Source: Staphylococcus phage SAC | Direction: 5' to 3' (one strand) | DNA length: 64,000 nt | Sequence record: OR234014.1 | In this document: piece after piece, positions 53,758 through 63,962 of the stretch | Position numbering within the stretch: position 1 is the first letter of the stretch | Layout: every line of letters starts with the position of its first letter | Made by a program: the position numbers and the translations under genes | The notes under the pieces: generated by a model | Told to the model about the DNA's origin: nothing | The model's input: only the letters and a program-made list of their open reading frames with translations | The model's database searches: none

Positions 53758-54072
53758 TTACTGTCCTCTCTGTAATTTATAATACGTATACATATCTTTA
53801 CATACTAGTTTAGCAAAATAATTTATCATGTATTGTGCTGTCGTTTTTTTAATTCTATCATAATGAAAGTCAATAATAGGAGTTGCTACACTAAACCTAC
53901 CTATATAATTACCGTTATCTCTAACTTCAAATACTAATGTATCTTCTTTCCAGTTAATAATCTTAAATGTTTCTGTGGTACTTAATTCTTTTGGAAAAGA
54001 CCACCACTCTTTGTAAGTTGCTAATATTTCTATAGCATTAGATAGCTGTCTATGAACTTTTTCTTTACACAT
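53758..54072 (-). CDS. Hypothetical early protein (104 aa)
   Basis: ORF. Confidence 0.5.
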   Translation of the reverse strand: MCKEKVHRQLSNAIEILATYKEWWSFPKELSTTETFKIINWKEDTLVFEVRDNGNYIGRFSVATPIIDFHYDRIKKTTAQYMINYFAKLVCKDMYTYYKLQRGQ

Positions 54073-54135
54073 AAAAAATCACCTCTAACGTTTTGTTACT
54101 CTTAGTATAAAGCAACATGTTAAAGGTGTCAACAC

Positions 54136-54438
54136 TTATTTTTGATTTTCTAAATCTTTATTTGATTCTGATATTGTAAACTGTAAACTTTTTGCTAAAT
54201 GACCAAGTGCAATACGTTCAGGCACTTTTAAACCTACCTTATCAAAATAGGTGTATACTAATCCTCCCTCAACAATTAACATAATAATACCATCTACAAC
54301 ACATAAATACTTATTTTCTTTTGTAACTAGTTTTACTTCTTTATTTAATAAATTACTTGCTAATTCTTGAATACTAACCAAGATACTATGTGTAATATGG
54401 ATTAAATTTCTATATTTTTCTGTATACATACTAACCAC
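54136..54438 (-). CDS. Hypothetical early protein (100 aa)
   Basis: ORF. Confidence 0.5.
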   Translation of the reverse strand: MVSMYTEKYRNLIHITHSILVSIQELASNLLNKEVKLVTKENKYLCVVDGIIMLIVEGGLVYTYFDKVGLKVPERIALGHLAKSLQFTISESNKDLENQK

Positions 54439-54441
54439 CCT

Positions 54442-54726
54442 TTAGAATATAATATTTGTTATGCCTTTATTATATAAATCTTTAGTAAACTTGTCAAGCG
54501 CAATACGTGCTACTTTTAATTCTTGCATAAAACTTTCTACTTCACTAGCATTTACATATGTACATGGTATTTTTAATTCCAAGAGTAACTTTTCTGTAGT
54601 ATACCCTATAATTTCAGGGGTATATTTGTTTACTGATTTTTTAAAAGATGATACTTCATACTTACCTTCATTATCTATGACACAAATATAATATCCTCTA
54701 CATTCATTCTCATATACTACTTCCAT
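54442..54726 (-). CDS. Hypothetical early protein (94 aa)
   Basis: ORF. Confidence 0.5.
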   Translation of the reverse strand: MEVVYENECRGYYICVIDNEGKYEVSSFKKSVNKYTPEIIGYTTEKLLLELKIPCTYVNASEVESFMQELKVARIALDKFTKDLYNKGITNIIF

Positions 54727-54990
54727 TTAGTAACCTCCTATCAAATACTTTATCATTATATAACTAAGTATAAAAGGTACTAATACTAGAGTAGCCCAAA
54801 CTAACGTAATAATAACTTGATGAATCAAATAAGGTAATAAACCTTTAACCCATCCCTTACGAACATAATACTTAATAACTATATCAGATATTAAAGAAGT
54901 TAATTTCCAGACTTCCCATAAGTACCAAATAAATACACCTACATAAAACAATAAAATAAAACCTAACATGAGTTTATCTACTATATCCAT
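54727..54990 (-). CDS. Membrane protein, 2-3 TM (87 aa)
   Basis: LMLGFILLFYVGVFIWYLW and VIITLVWATLVLVPFILSYIMI helices. Confidence 0.55.
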   Translation of the reverse strand: MDIVDKLMLGFILLFYVGVFIWYLWEVWKLTSLISDIVIKYYVRKGWVKGLLPYLIHQVIITLVWATLVLVPFILSYIMIKYLIGGY

Positions 54991-54999
54991 TTATATCAC

Positions 55000-55251
55000 C
55001 TACCTATATCCTTTTGTAGCAAGGTCTACAATTTTATGTTGCAAGAACTTGTAATTATCTTTAAATATTTTTAATTCATCTTTACCAAATGTATGTTTAA
55101 TTTCTTTCTTAACTGTCCATGTAGTTTTACCTTCTAATACTTTACTTAGTACATCTAAACCAATTGGAATTATACGCTCATCAGGTAAAACACCGTTCTT
55201 AATACTTACGACCACAATATGCAAATTATCTAAATCACTTTTTTTCATCAT
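55000..55251 (-). CDS. Hypothetical early protein (83 aa)
   Basis: ORF. Confidence 0.5.
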   Translation of the reverse strand: MMKKSDLDNLHIVVVSIKNGVLPDERIIPIGLDVLSKVLEGKTTWTVKKEIKHTFGKDELKIFKDNYKFLQHKIVDLATKGYR

Positions 55252-55391
55252 TTATCATCTCCTTATATTTAAACTATAACACAGCATAAAAAAAGAGTCA
55301 AGCATAAACTTGACTCAATCCTTGTTAAATAAATAATATATAATAGCAAAACATACTAGTATAATTACTACTGTCATAGACTATCATACCT

Positions 55392-55790
55392 TTACTTTTT
55401 ATTTAGTACTGCTTCAAACCTATACTTATGTACTGGATTATTGTCATTATCCTCCGTATACACACGAATAAGTTTAAAGTTTACACCTTCTCTAAATTTA
55501 CTAGTCCTATAATATCTCATATCAATACTTTTATCACTTGTTCTTCCTGGTAAATAGGTAGGTAGTTTTTCCATAAAGTATGCTTTGTTGTCTACTACTT
55601 TCTTAAGCGTGTAATCTCCTACGTACTCTACATTCTTATCTTTTTTTAGTTTACCATGATGTGTTAATTGGTCTGTAACTTGTGATTTGGTTTTTTCATG
55701 ATATAAGTATGAGGACACGTAATAAGTAGATATAGATAAAGCTAACATAACTAAGATAATTACATAAGCAATTATTGCTTTTTTACTCAT
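55392..55790 (-). CDS. Signal-anchored / secreted protein (132 aa)
   Basis: MSKKAIIAYVIILVMLALSISTYYVSS N-terminal anchor. Confidence 0.55.
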   Translation of the reverse strand: MSKKAIIAYVIILVMLALSISTYYVSSYLYHEKTKSQVTDQLTHHGKLKKDKNVEYVGDYTLKKVVDNKAYFMEKLPTYLPGRTSDKSIDMRYYRTSKFREGVNFKLIRVYTEDNDNNPVHKYRFEAVLNKK

Positions 55791-55825
55791 AGCGCACCAT
55801 CCTTTACTACTTATAATATAATAAC

Positions 55826-56461
55826 TTAGTCTATAACTTTAATACATTTTAACAGTAAAGGACAATATATCATTCTATTGTCTCCGACAAGTTCTTTTAG
55901 TTTAAGAAAATGTTTTAAATAATAGTCAGGATTTTTTAACTCATAATACTTTAGTAGTGCTTCTTCCATACTACTATCAAAGTAGTGCTTATCAACAATT
56001 TCTAAATGTGTAATAAGATTATTTGACATTAAACTTAATTTATCTTTAATCTTTACATCACTAATACTTGTACCTACTTTAATGTCATTAATCATATCAG
56101 CCTGAGTATAATCTATATCAGTATTTTCTATCTTAATTAGTGGTTGCATAACATGCGCTTTCTCATACACACTCCTAGGAACTTGACCTATTAGATGGTC
56201 GAAAGCAGGGTCTTCAGATACATACCCTACATCTATACCTATATACTGACCACTTTCTATATGGTCGGAGTTATAATCTTCTGGTATTGTACATAGGTAT
56301 AAATTACTTTCATTAATCTCTTTACTAGAAGTATCAAAGTCAGGTACTAAGTCTTGTAAAGATTCTTTGTTAAATAAACTATTTTCTATTCCTTGTATAG
56401 TTAAATTATTATCAATGCTCTTTACATTATACAAGTAATCTACAATTCGTTCTTTGCGCAT
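55826..56461 (-). CDS. Hypothetical protein (211 aa)
   Basis: ORF. Confidence 0.55.
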   Translation of the reverse strand: MRKERIVDYLYNVKSIDNNLTIQGIENSLFNKESLQDLVPDFDTSSKEINESNLYLCTIPEDYNSDHIESGQYIGIDVGYVSEDPAFDHLIGQVPRSVYEKAHVMQPLIKIENTDIDYTQADMINDIKVGTSISDVKIKDKLSLMSNNLITHLEIVDKHYFDSSMEEALLKYYELKNPDYYLKHFLKLKELVGDNRMIYCPLLLKCIKVID

Positions 56462-56471
56462 ATGACACCTC

Positions 56472-56915
56472 TTATTCTACCTCGATAGTATCTTCTAAGG
56501 CTTTCTCTTTTAAATCTGATTTTCTTTCAATATTATACAAATCTAAAATATAATATAAACCATTCTTATGAATGTTATACTTTTTATAGATACTTTGTAA
56601 ATCCATATATTGATAATCTTTAATTAAGGCTTGTACTTTATTCTTATCATTAGTAATATGTTTTACACGTTTTGCTACTCTAGATTTCTTATGTTTCTTA
56701 GGTACTTTATAGAAGTTTAACACTGTATAAATCAAACCCATACTTACTTTAGCTTCCTTAGCAATATCAGTCACAGGTACACCTTTATTATAACTTGTAA
56801 CAATATATTCTTCTTTTGGTGTATTGAACTCTTTATTCTTACTTAATGGCGTATAGTTGCTTTTATTTTCTAATAATGCTTTCTCTTCTTCATTTAATGT
56901 AATAATCATAATCAA
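56472..56915 (-). CDS. HTH DNA-binding protein (147 aa)
   Basis: VTDIAKEAKVSMGLIYTVLNFYK helix-turn-helix, followed by a basic KKHKKSRVAKRVK tail. Confidence 0.5.
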   Translation of the reverse strand: MIMIITLNEEEKALLENKSNYTPLSKNKEFNTPKEEYIVTSYNKGVPVTDIAKEAKVSMGLIYTVLNFYKVPKKHKKSRVAKRVKHITNDKNKVQALIKDYQYMDLQSIYKKYNIHKNGLYYILDLYNIERKSDLKEKALEDTIEVE

Positions 56916-56973
56916 TTGCTCCTTTTATTGTTTGTAATAAAAGAATAACACACCCATATGAGTGTGTCAATCA

Positions 56974-57432
56974 TTAATTTTTAATTTTATTAAGTTTATC
57001 TTCATTATATAAAGATGTTTCTCCTGAAAGTGCATAGAAATAATTACCTTTACTATCTACTAAAATATCTTTAACCTTAGCTACATCTGATTCTTGATTA
57101 TCTCTTACATATTCTACAATTGTGTTCTTAGGGAACTTAACTTTTGTAGATTCTACATAATCGTCTTCTAAATAAACATCAAAAGTTAGTAAAGAATTAA
57201 TAGATACATTATACAGTACCCAATACCTTTTATAGAACATGGTTTCTTTATCTAAGTCTCTTGACACTTCAGTAAACTTATGTTTTCCAGTACTTAGTCT
57301 AAGTAATATATCTCCTTGGTTCTCTTGTTTAACTCTAAGTACATCACCTTTATGTAGGTGTGTTATAATATCTACTATATCTGTAAGTGGTTTAACATCT
57401 TTTATTGGAATTAAACTAATTTCTTCTGTCAT
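56974..57432 (-). CDS. Hypothetical protein (152 aa)
   Basis: ORF. Confidence 0.55.
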   Translation of the reverse strand: MTEEISLIPIKDVKPLTDIVDIITHLHKGDVLRVKQENQGDILLRLSTGKHKFTEVSRDLDKETMFYKRYWVLYNVSINSLLTFDVYLEDDYVESTKVKFPKNTIVEYVRDNQESDVAKVKDILVDSKGNYFYALSGETSLYNEDKLNKIKN

Positions 57433-57449
57433 ATGTATTACCTCATTAT

Positions 57450-58181
57450 CTATATTGTATAGCCTACTCTATCTAATGTATCTTTTAACTTTCTTCCTTC
57501 TTCATCTAAATCTAAGTTTTTATAGAACTCTTCTTGTAATTGCTCCATTCTTTGAAGAACTTCTTCATGTTTATCTTCAGGAATAAACTCAAGCATAACT
57601 TCTGTCATAGCAGTATCTTGTGCTTGTTGTTTAATCATTAGTTCTCTTAGTCCTATGAATGACATACCTTTTAGTTGGTTACCCGTAATTCTATCTTTTG
57701 TTTCCATAGCTTTAATCATTAAAGCAGGGTCTAATGTTTCTACAAAGTTTAAACCTTTAGCACCTTTTTGAATAATCATATCTAGTATTTGAATATCATC
57801 ATATATTGTTTGTACATTCTGTGTAGCCAGTTCAAAAGGTGTATAATTTTCACTATCTAATTCTTTCATAGGGTTTTCTTTTTTTTGTATCTGAGTAGCA
57901 CTAACTTTCTTTCTTTTATCAATAAGTTCACCTAAGTCCCATCCATTTTCAATAGCTTCTTTACGTTTACTCTTATATCTTGTAATAGCAGATTTGGATA
58001 ACTCTAAGTCATACTCTTTACATAGGTCTATAATATCATCATAGCTAACATCTTCATCTATAGCATTATCCACTTTAGACCTTAATAGTTTATTATTATA
58101 TAATTTAGATAGAATACTTTCCTTATCTGGAACTACCTTTATATCAGATTTTTTATTTCTTAAATTCTTTTTTCTAGCCAT
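57450..58181 (-). CDS. Hypothetical basic/acidic bipartite protein (243 aa)
   Basis: Long ORF after a 370-bp promoter region. Confidence 0.55.
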   Translation of the reverse strand: MARKKNLRNKKSDIKVVPDKESILSKLYNNKLLRSKVDNAIDEDVSYDDIIDLCKEYDLELSKSAITRYKSKRKEAIENGWDLGELIDKRKKVSATQIQKKENPMKELDSENYTPFELATQNVQTIYDDIQILDMIIQKGAKGLNFVETLDPALMIKAMETKDRITGNQLKGMSFIGLRELMIKQQAQDTAMTEVMLEFIPEDKHEEVLQRMEQLQEEFYKNLDLDEEGRKLKDTLDRVGYTI

Positions 58182-58553
58182 TATATGTTCCCTTCTTGTC
58201 TCAAGTGTCTTTACATATGTGTGAACTAAAATAAGGAGTATGTATATTTACATAACCTTATCAAATCAACTGTTTTATACTTTACACTATATAATATATC
58301 ACAATTTCTGCACCTATTTTATTTTCATAATAGATACTCTAATTTTTTACACTACATTGTAAATATTTTAAGCAATATAAATCTTTTTTCTAAAACCCTA
58401 TACCTAAAAGGTATTTTAATGTTTTATAAATATAATTTTAAAATAAGAATAATACCTTTTAAAAATTAACTAACTACTTGAAAAAATATGTATAAAAAAT
58501 CCCTTATATACGTATATTTATACCTTAGTATACATATTTAAGGGAGTATTATA

Positions 58554-59408
58554 CTATAAGAGAATTGTTAGCTCATCATTACTAACAAGATTAACAACCA
58601 TCTTATAGTTATTATCACTAACTTTCTCTACCTTACTACTAACAATATCTTTATATCTAACTTTTACATAGGATTGACCACAAGCAATAATTAAGTCTTT
58701 ATCATCATCTAAAAAGAAAATACCGGTCTCATATGTATTATATAAACTATAATGATATTTATTCGTATCTAACTTAACAGAAAACACACTTCTATTTATT
58801 AAATTATTACCCTTAAAGAATGTAAGAACTTTTATGGTATCTAACTTATTCAGTATACCCTGATTACACAATGTCCCTATAAAAGATTGACCATCATATT
58901 GCTTATCAGTTACTAGTAAGTATACAACATGTGTGTAATCATTTAAAGGAGATACATCTTCGATAGTGTATAATCTAAGTTTTAATTCTTTATTAATAGT
59001 AGTATCTTGGTACATAATAGTAGGTTCAATAAAAGTTGATACAATGTCTACTTTCTTTGTTGAAGTTAATTCTGTTCCTTTAGATAATAAATCTGTCATT
59101 AATCCAGTATTTTCTAATCTTTTATTTAACTGCTCTGTTTTAACATAACCTAGTCCTGAATCACTTATCATATTATTCATACCTACAATAGCAGGTTTTA
59201 AGTTCTCAGTAACTATTACTTTATTCGTAAATTCTATACCATCTTCTACTTGTGATATATCCTCTAAATAAGGTATTATTGTTACACCGCTAGGGAAATA
59301 ATCACTATCATAGGATACTCCTAACAGTGTAATATCTTTACTTTGTAGTTTCTTAAATAAAGTACTTACATTTGTTTTTTTAGCTTTTGTTCTTAAGTAT
59401 TTAACCAT
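58554..59408 (-). CDS. Hypothetical protein (284 aa)
   Basis: ORF. Confidence 0.55.
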   Translation of the reverse strand: MVKYLRTKAKKTNVSTLFKKLQSKDITLLGVSYDSDYFPSGVTIIPYLEDISQVEDGIEFTNKVIVTENLKPAIVGMNNMISDSGLGYVKTEQLNKRLENTGLMTDLLSKGTELTSTKKVDIVSTFIEPTIMYQDTTINKELKLRLYTIEDVSPLNDYTHVVYLLVTDKQYDGQSFIGTLCNQGILNKLDTIKVLTFFKGNNLINRSVFSVKLDTNKYHYSLYNTYETGIFFLDDDKDLIIACGQSYVKVRYKDIVSSKVEKVSDNNYKMVVNLVSNDELTILL

Positions 59409-59914
59409 TATTTACCACCTTTATATATCATTTTCTTTGGTGTTCTTTTCTTATCTAATCTACTATTTTTGCGTACAGATATTCTATGTCTAGTACTAAA
59501 AATGTAGATTAAATGTGTACCTCTAAATGTACGTTGTTCACGAATGCTACATTTACCTATTAATTTCTTACCTCTATAAACATAATAAACTCTATCCGTA
59601 TGTAGAATAGTTTGTGTTAATTTACCTTTTTGCTTCATTACAAGATATTTCTTCTTTATATTCACAGCTTCACTAATTAAGTCTAACGCATACTTCTTTT
59701 GTATTTTAATGTCTGTAGCAGTAACATTATCAAACCTTTTAACAAACAAAGGTTTGTATTTAACAACAATACTTTCATCTGGTATATCTTTTCTTTTTTT
59801 ATTAAAAAAAGAAGTACTTCTACCTGATAAGTTACCTGTAGGAGCAAAGTTAACAGGTTGATGTTTATATCCGTTAGATTTAGGTTTAAATGTATCAGGT
59901 TTCCTCTTTGCCAT
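59408..59914 (-). CDS. Highly basic protein (168 aa)
   Basis: K/R-rich throughout. Confidence 0.5.
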   Translation of the reverse strand: MAKRKPDTFKPKSNGYKHQPVNFAPTGNLSGRSTSFFNKKRKDIPDESIVVKYKPLFVKRFDNVTATDIKIQKKYALDLISEAVNIKKKYLVMKQKGKLTQTILHTDRVYYVYRGKKLIGKCSIREQRTFRGTHLIYIFSTRHRISVRKNSRLDKKRTPKKMIYKGGK

Positions 59915-60656
59915 ATAATACCCTCACTCCGTTCTGTATAACTTTAAAGAAATCATCTTCTAATATCTGCCATCTATTACTATAACCATAGATAACACCT
60001 CTAGTAAATATCTTATAAGAGTTCTCTACACCTAAATAATGAATAACTTGGTTAATAATAGCTGACTTTTTCATTCTCATACGTTGTGTTCCTTCTATAT
60101 AACTGCCTTCATTGTTAGTATTTTTACCGTGCTCCCTATAGTTATATCCAGTTAGGTATGTATTATAATCTCTTAACTGTTTAAGTATAGTCATTAAATG
60201 TTGCTTCCATAAAATATTTAATGTATGATAAGGACTTCTTAGTGGTGATGGTGTAGCTTCTTTATACTTACCTACTACAGGACTACCCTTGAAGTTAATA
60301 TAGCTCATAATACCTACATGATGGTGTTTATACCTTTTTAGTATTTGCTCTACTTTAGGTACATGCTTATCATGACACATCACATAAACATACTTACATA
60401 CTAGACTATAATAGTATAACTGTTTATTAAGTCTTTGTGTAGAGTCTCGTTCTGTTTTTATCTCTATACCCATAACAGTACCATTTCTATCAAGAATTAA
60501 ACAGTCAGTTCTACATTTACCTTGACAAATAGCTTTTTCATTAAATATTCTAATATCTTGTATATTACTTGTTATCTCATCATCTTTAAACATATGTCTC
60601 TTAGTTCTAATTAAATCTTTAATGTCCTGCTCATAGAATTTAGTTATCTCAGACAT
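59895..60656 (-). CDS. PD-(D/E)xK-fold nuclease-like protein (253 aa)
   Basis: CLILDRNGTVMGIEIKTE fits the D...(D/E).K restriction-endonuclease-fold motif. Confidence 0.4.
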   Translation of the reverse strand: MSEITKFYEQDIKDLIRTKRHMFKDDEITSNIQDIRIFNEKAICQGKCRTDCLILDRNGTVMGIEIKTERDSTQRLNKQLYYYSLVCKYVYVMCHDKHVPKVEQILKRYKHHHVGIMSYINFKGSPVVGKYKEATPSPLRSPYHTLNILWKQHLMTILKQLRDYNTYLTGYNYREHGKNTNNEGSYIEGTQRMRMKKSAIINQVIHYLGVENSYKIFTRGVIYGYSNRWQILEDDFFKVIQNGVRVLYGKEET

Positions 60657-61185
60657 TTATTCTATCCCCTTTAATACGTTGATAATATTGTAATATACTG
60701 TCTAAAGGAGTATAGGACTTAATCCATTTAATATTAGATAAACATATAAATACTCCTGTATATTCACCATGTATAACTTTAGTGCCTTCTTTTTGTGTAA
60801 TAGTTACTCTATCTTTTTCTCTTTCGAAAAACCCTTTACCTACAGCACCTGTAGTTGTATCTGTACCTAAAGGTATAATATTAGCTAAAAAGATAGGAGG
60901 TTCATATACCTTTTTATACTTCTTATTATTAGGTAGCATTGACTTAATTGTATTACTTAATATCGTACCACCTCTAATAGTTTTACTTACTGTTTCTATT
61001 TTATATTTCTTTTGTGGTACTTCATCATCAACACTATGTATGTTATATACTAATACATACTCAGAAGTTTCATCTTGGACATGTTCTATATAGTAATAAG
61101 GAACACCTCTAAAAGAGTAAACACCTTCACTTACTTTTGTCTTAATAATTTCATTATCAAATTTACCAAAATTTAATTGCAACAA
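60649..61185 (-). CDS. Hypothetical protein (178 aa)
   Basis: ORF. Confidence 0.5.
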   Translation of the reverse strand: MLQLNFGKFDNEIIKTKVSEGVYSFRGVPYYYIEHVQDETSEYVLVYNIHSVDDEVPQKKYKIETVSKTIRGGTILSNTIKSMLPNNKKYKKVYEPPIFLANIIPLGTDTTTGAVGKGFFEREKDRVTITQKEGTKVIHGEYTGVFICLSNIKWIKSYTPLDSILQYYQRIKGDRINV

Positions 61186-61254
61186 AAATCACCTCATATC
61201 TAATATACCACAAATAATAAAAGGAGTCAAGTATAAACTGGACTCCCTTCTTTA

Positions 61255-61584
61255 CTATTCTTTATTTTTTGTTACGAAACTCAATACTAATAATACTAAC
61301 GCTGTTAACAATACATCTATTACAATAAGCGCAATAATAGCAAAAAGAACTTCTATCCTTGTTGTAATTTTATAAATCGAATCCCCAAAATAAACAACAA
61401 TACCTAAGAGGATAATACCACATAAATTAGGTAATAGCACATTATAGTACTGCCAATTGGGTAGAGGGTTACCTCCTTTTTTTACTAAATCACGCTCACC
61501 ACGTAACATACCTACAAAGTTCATTGTGGTATTAACAATAATAATGATAAGCAATGTTAAAGCTATAATTGATAGAGTGTCCAT
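61255..61584 (-). CDS. Membrane protein, 3 TM (109 aa)
   Basis: Three hydrophobic helices. Confidence 0.55.
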   Translation of the reverse strand: MDTLSIIALTLLIIIIVNTTMNFVGMLRGERDLVKKGGNPLPNWQYYNVLLPNLCGIILLGIVVYFGDSIYKITTRIEVLFAIIALIVIDVLLTALVLLVLSFVTKNKE

Positions 61585-61595
61585 ATTATCTCTCC

Positions 61596-62849
61596 CTAAT
61601 CTAAGAATACAGTTTTAATGTCAATGTCTTTATTTTTTTTATTTAAAAATAGTAGTTGTTGTGATGGTTTTGTTCTAGATAAATGTAGTTCTTTAGCATA
61701 ATTATTATATCCCATAGGACTACTTGCTACAATATGCATTCTATTGTAATCTTCTTGTGTTACTGAGAAGTGGTGTACATGACCTGTAATTAACAAATCA
61801 ATGTGAGTGTTCTCAATAAATTTAGGAATATGCTTACCTTTACCTTTAAGTCCATCTCCATGGTTTATAATAATATTTAAGTTACATACTGTGTCTTTAA
61901 TAGTATATACATCTTTTCTATTGTCGATAATCTCAATACCTTCTAATACACCGTTTTCTTTTAACAGCAGTAAAGAATCCAATACAATATAAGCTACACT
62001 ATCATTGTATACTTTTTGGTTCTTATTACCCTGTACACGGTCGTGGTTACCTGCTATCATGCCGAAACGTAAATTACCCCATACATATGGAGATAATTCT
62101 GTTAAGAAGTCAATTAATAGTCTAGTTCCTTTTGCTACCTGCTCTGCCATAGTGAACTCAGTATCAAAAGCTTGGTTAACATCTCTCATATTAATATGCT
62201 CTATTAAATCACCTACAAAGTATACTGTAACATTACTAATACCACGTTTACTAATATCCTTAATAGTTTCCTGTAGTAGCTGATTTAATCTTCTTTTTAG
62301 TACCTCAAAGTTATACTCATTAGTTAAATCTTGAAAAGAACAACCTACATGGAAGTCCGACAGTAAGATAACCAGCTCTTCTTCTTCCTCAGTAGAAGCA
62401 TACTTACTTACTTTATGGTCTAGTAACTTATTCCCTTTGAGCTCATTAACCATAGTACGCTTTAATTCATCAAACAAAATAGTAGGGTATGCATTTTGTC
62501 TATTAATCTTTCGTAATTCCCTTAGTCTAGATAGTTCTTTTTCATGGGCTACTACATAAGATGATACTTCTTCATGATAATCATTACCCTCAAATACTTG
62601 TTTATCTTCTACATCTCTTAAGTCCTCTAATAACACTTCACCTTTAACTGCTTTATTTTTCAAGTCATTTAAGTATGTGTCTTTCCTAATATTATCTACA
62701 ATATCTTTTAATTCATTGCGATTTACTCTATCAATACCAAAACTTGCTAATACTTTATTAAATTTAGAGGTAACTACTTTACCTTCATCTTTAAGAAACA
62801 CACCTACAATAACTGCTTGTAACTCTTCTACTGTTTTATAATTACTCAT
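61596..62849 (-). CDS. Calcineurin-like metallophosphoesterase (Mre11/SbcD-like or protein-phosphatase-like), 417 aa
   Basis: Motifs SDFHVG, VGDLIEH, GNHD, NHGDG, GHVHH in canonical order in the C-terminal 270 aa; 150-aa N-terminal extension. Confidence 0.6.
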   Translation of the reverse strand: MSNYKTVEELQAVIVGVFLKDEGKVVTSKFNKVLASFGIDRVNRNELKDIVDNIRKDTYLNDLKNKAVKGEVLLEDLRDVEDKQVFEGNDYHEEVSSYVVAHEKELSRLRELRKINRQNAYPTILFDELKRTMVNELKGNKLLDHKVSKYASTEEEEELVILLSDFHVGCSFQDLTNEYNFEVLKRRLNQLLQETIKDISKRGISNVTVYFVGDLIEHINMRDVNQAFDTEFTMAEQVAKGTRLLIDFLTELSPYVWGNLRFGMIAGNHDRVQGNKNQKVYNDSVAYIVLDSLLLLKENGVLEGIEIIDNRKDVYTIKDTVCNLNIIINHGDGLKGKGKHIPKFIENTHIDLLITGHVHHFSVTQEDYNRMHIVASSPMGYNNYAKELHLSRTKPSQQLLFLNKKNKDIDIKTVFLD

Positions 62850-63615
62850 AAATACTTCCTTCCGTTATTAAATACTTATTCATATTCTCACCTAACACAT
62901 GAATATGGCTATCAATAAATATACTAAATATGTTAGAATTTTCATTATAAGATGCTCCGAATGTTTTAGCAACACTATTAACATCATAACCTTTTACATA
63001 GAAAGTAAGGATATCACTAGTACCTCTTGTTTGTGAACCTATAACAACAATACCTTTTTCTTTATCCTTAAGACATTCATATGCTAAAGGTAATTTATAC
63101 TCAGGTGCTACTTCATATAGTACATACAAATCATTTACGTTGTAAAACTTGTCAACCATAATAGGTAATACTATATCTGCAGGGTAACCTACTAGACCCC
63201 TTTCTTTTGCTTCCTCATAAGTAGATTTAAAGCTAAACAACTCAGTATACTTATGAGCAATGTCTTTTGGATAACTACTGAAATTAATATTTAAACCTCT
63301 ATCATCTAGAACCACAAGTTGCTCTAATAAGGACAGGTACTTTAAATCATCACCTACTGTAATAAAATCTTTGTTATCAGGTAAGTTTATATTAGAAACA
63401 AAGTATAATTTTGTACCTTTTAATAATTCTTTATATTTTAAGTAATCCTCATTATTGTATATAAAACCTAAAAAAATAACAGAATCATACGTATTATCAC
63501 TAGCTAAATGTAATGCCGAGTCAAAAGATATCACACTTTCAACGTCGAACATATCTATACCTTCGGATAAATGTTCTGTATGTGAAGCTACTTCATTTAA
63601 AATAAATAACATCAA
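62842..63615 (-). CDS. Hypothetical protein (257 aa)
   Basis: ORF. Confidence 0.55.
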   Translation of the reverse strand: MMLFILNEVASHTEHLSEGIDMFDVESVISFDSALHLASDNTYDSVIFLGFIYNNEDYLKYKELLKGTKLYFVSNINLPDNKDFITVGDDLKYLSLLEQLVVLDDRGLNINFSSYPKDIAHKYTELFSFKSTYEEAKERGLVGYPADIVLPIMVDKFYNVNDLYVLYEVAPEYKLPLAYECLKDKEKGIVVIGSQTRGTSDILTFYVKGYDVNSVAKTFGASYNENSNIFSIFIDSHIHVLGENMNKYLITEGSIYE

Positions 63616-63866
63616 TCCTCAATCCTTTCTATTAAATACCCTACCTTTTCATTTTCCTTATCATTATTAGATAATCCATACTCAACAATTTTATACCTAT
63701 ACATATGCACTAGGTCTTTAATAACATTAATAACCATAATGATATTGACCTTACTTACTGATTTATTATCATACGCAACTGCAATATACTTTTCCTTATT
63801 TTCCATTAATTTTTTAACTTTCAAATGGTCGTTATCTGAAGTTAAGTGTACTGTTTTAATATCCAT
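63612..63866 (-). CDS. Hypothetical protein (84 aa), first gene of the leftward early operon in this window
   Basis: SD AAAGGAGG; upstream terminator from a gene beyond the window. Confidence 0.5.
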   Translation of the reverse strand: MDIKTVHLTSDNDHLKVKKLMENKEKYIAVAYDNKSVSKVNIIMVINVIKDLVHMYRYKIVEYGLSNNDKENEKVGYLIERIED

Positions 63867-63934
63867 ATAGTACCTCCTTTATTAATTCTTGTTTAACTAT
63901 AGCATATAAATAAATATAAGTCAATAAAAAAAAG

Positions 63935-63962
63935 CCCAACAATTAAGTTGGACTTTAATTTA
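63935..63962 (-). terminator. Rho-independent terminator (minus strand) for a gene to the right of the window
   Basis: RC gtccaac-ttaatt-gttgggc followed by T8. Confidence 0.55.

Noticed and set aside
1517-63670. Other antisense or embedded track ORFs (1517-1786+, 2657-2965+, 4661-4873+, 9203-9439-, 11014-11262-, 11475-11657-, 11635-11856-, 12322-12582-, 14244-14429-, 16184-16375-, 16540-16896-, 17590-17811-, 20261-20446-, 20783-20965-, 21299-21535-, 22130-22312-, 25580-25768-, 31389-31595+, 31832-32119-, 32858-33103-, 34912-35205+, 35360-35629+, 36997-37224+, 46837-47076+, 50366-50563+, 51741-51977+, 54461-54691+, 57239-57586+, 58966-59148+, 60782-61093+, 61807-61992+, 62005-62283+, 63455-63670+)
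   Set aside because: Each lies wholly inside a longer, motif-supported gene on the opposite strand or in another frame. This AT-rich genome produces long spurious antisense ORFs enriched in L/I/F/S
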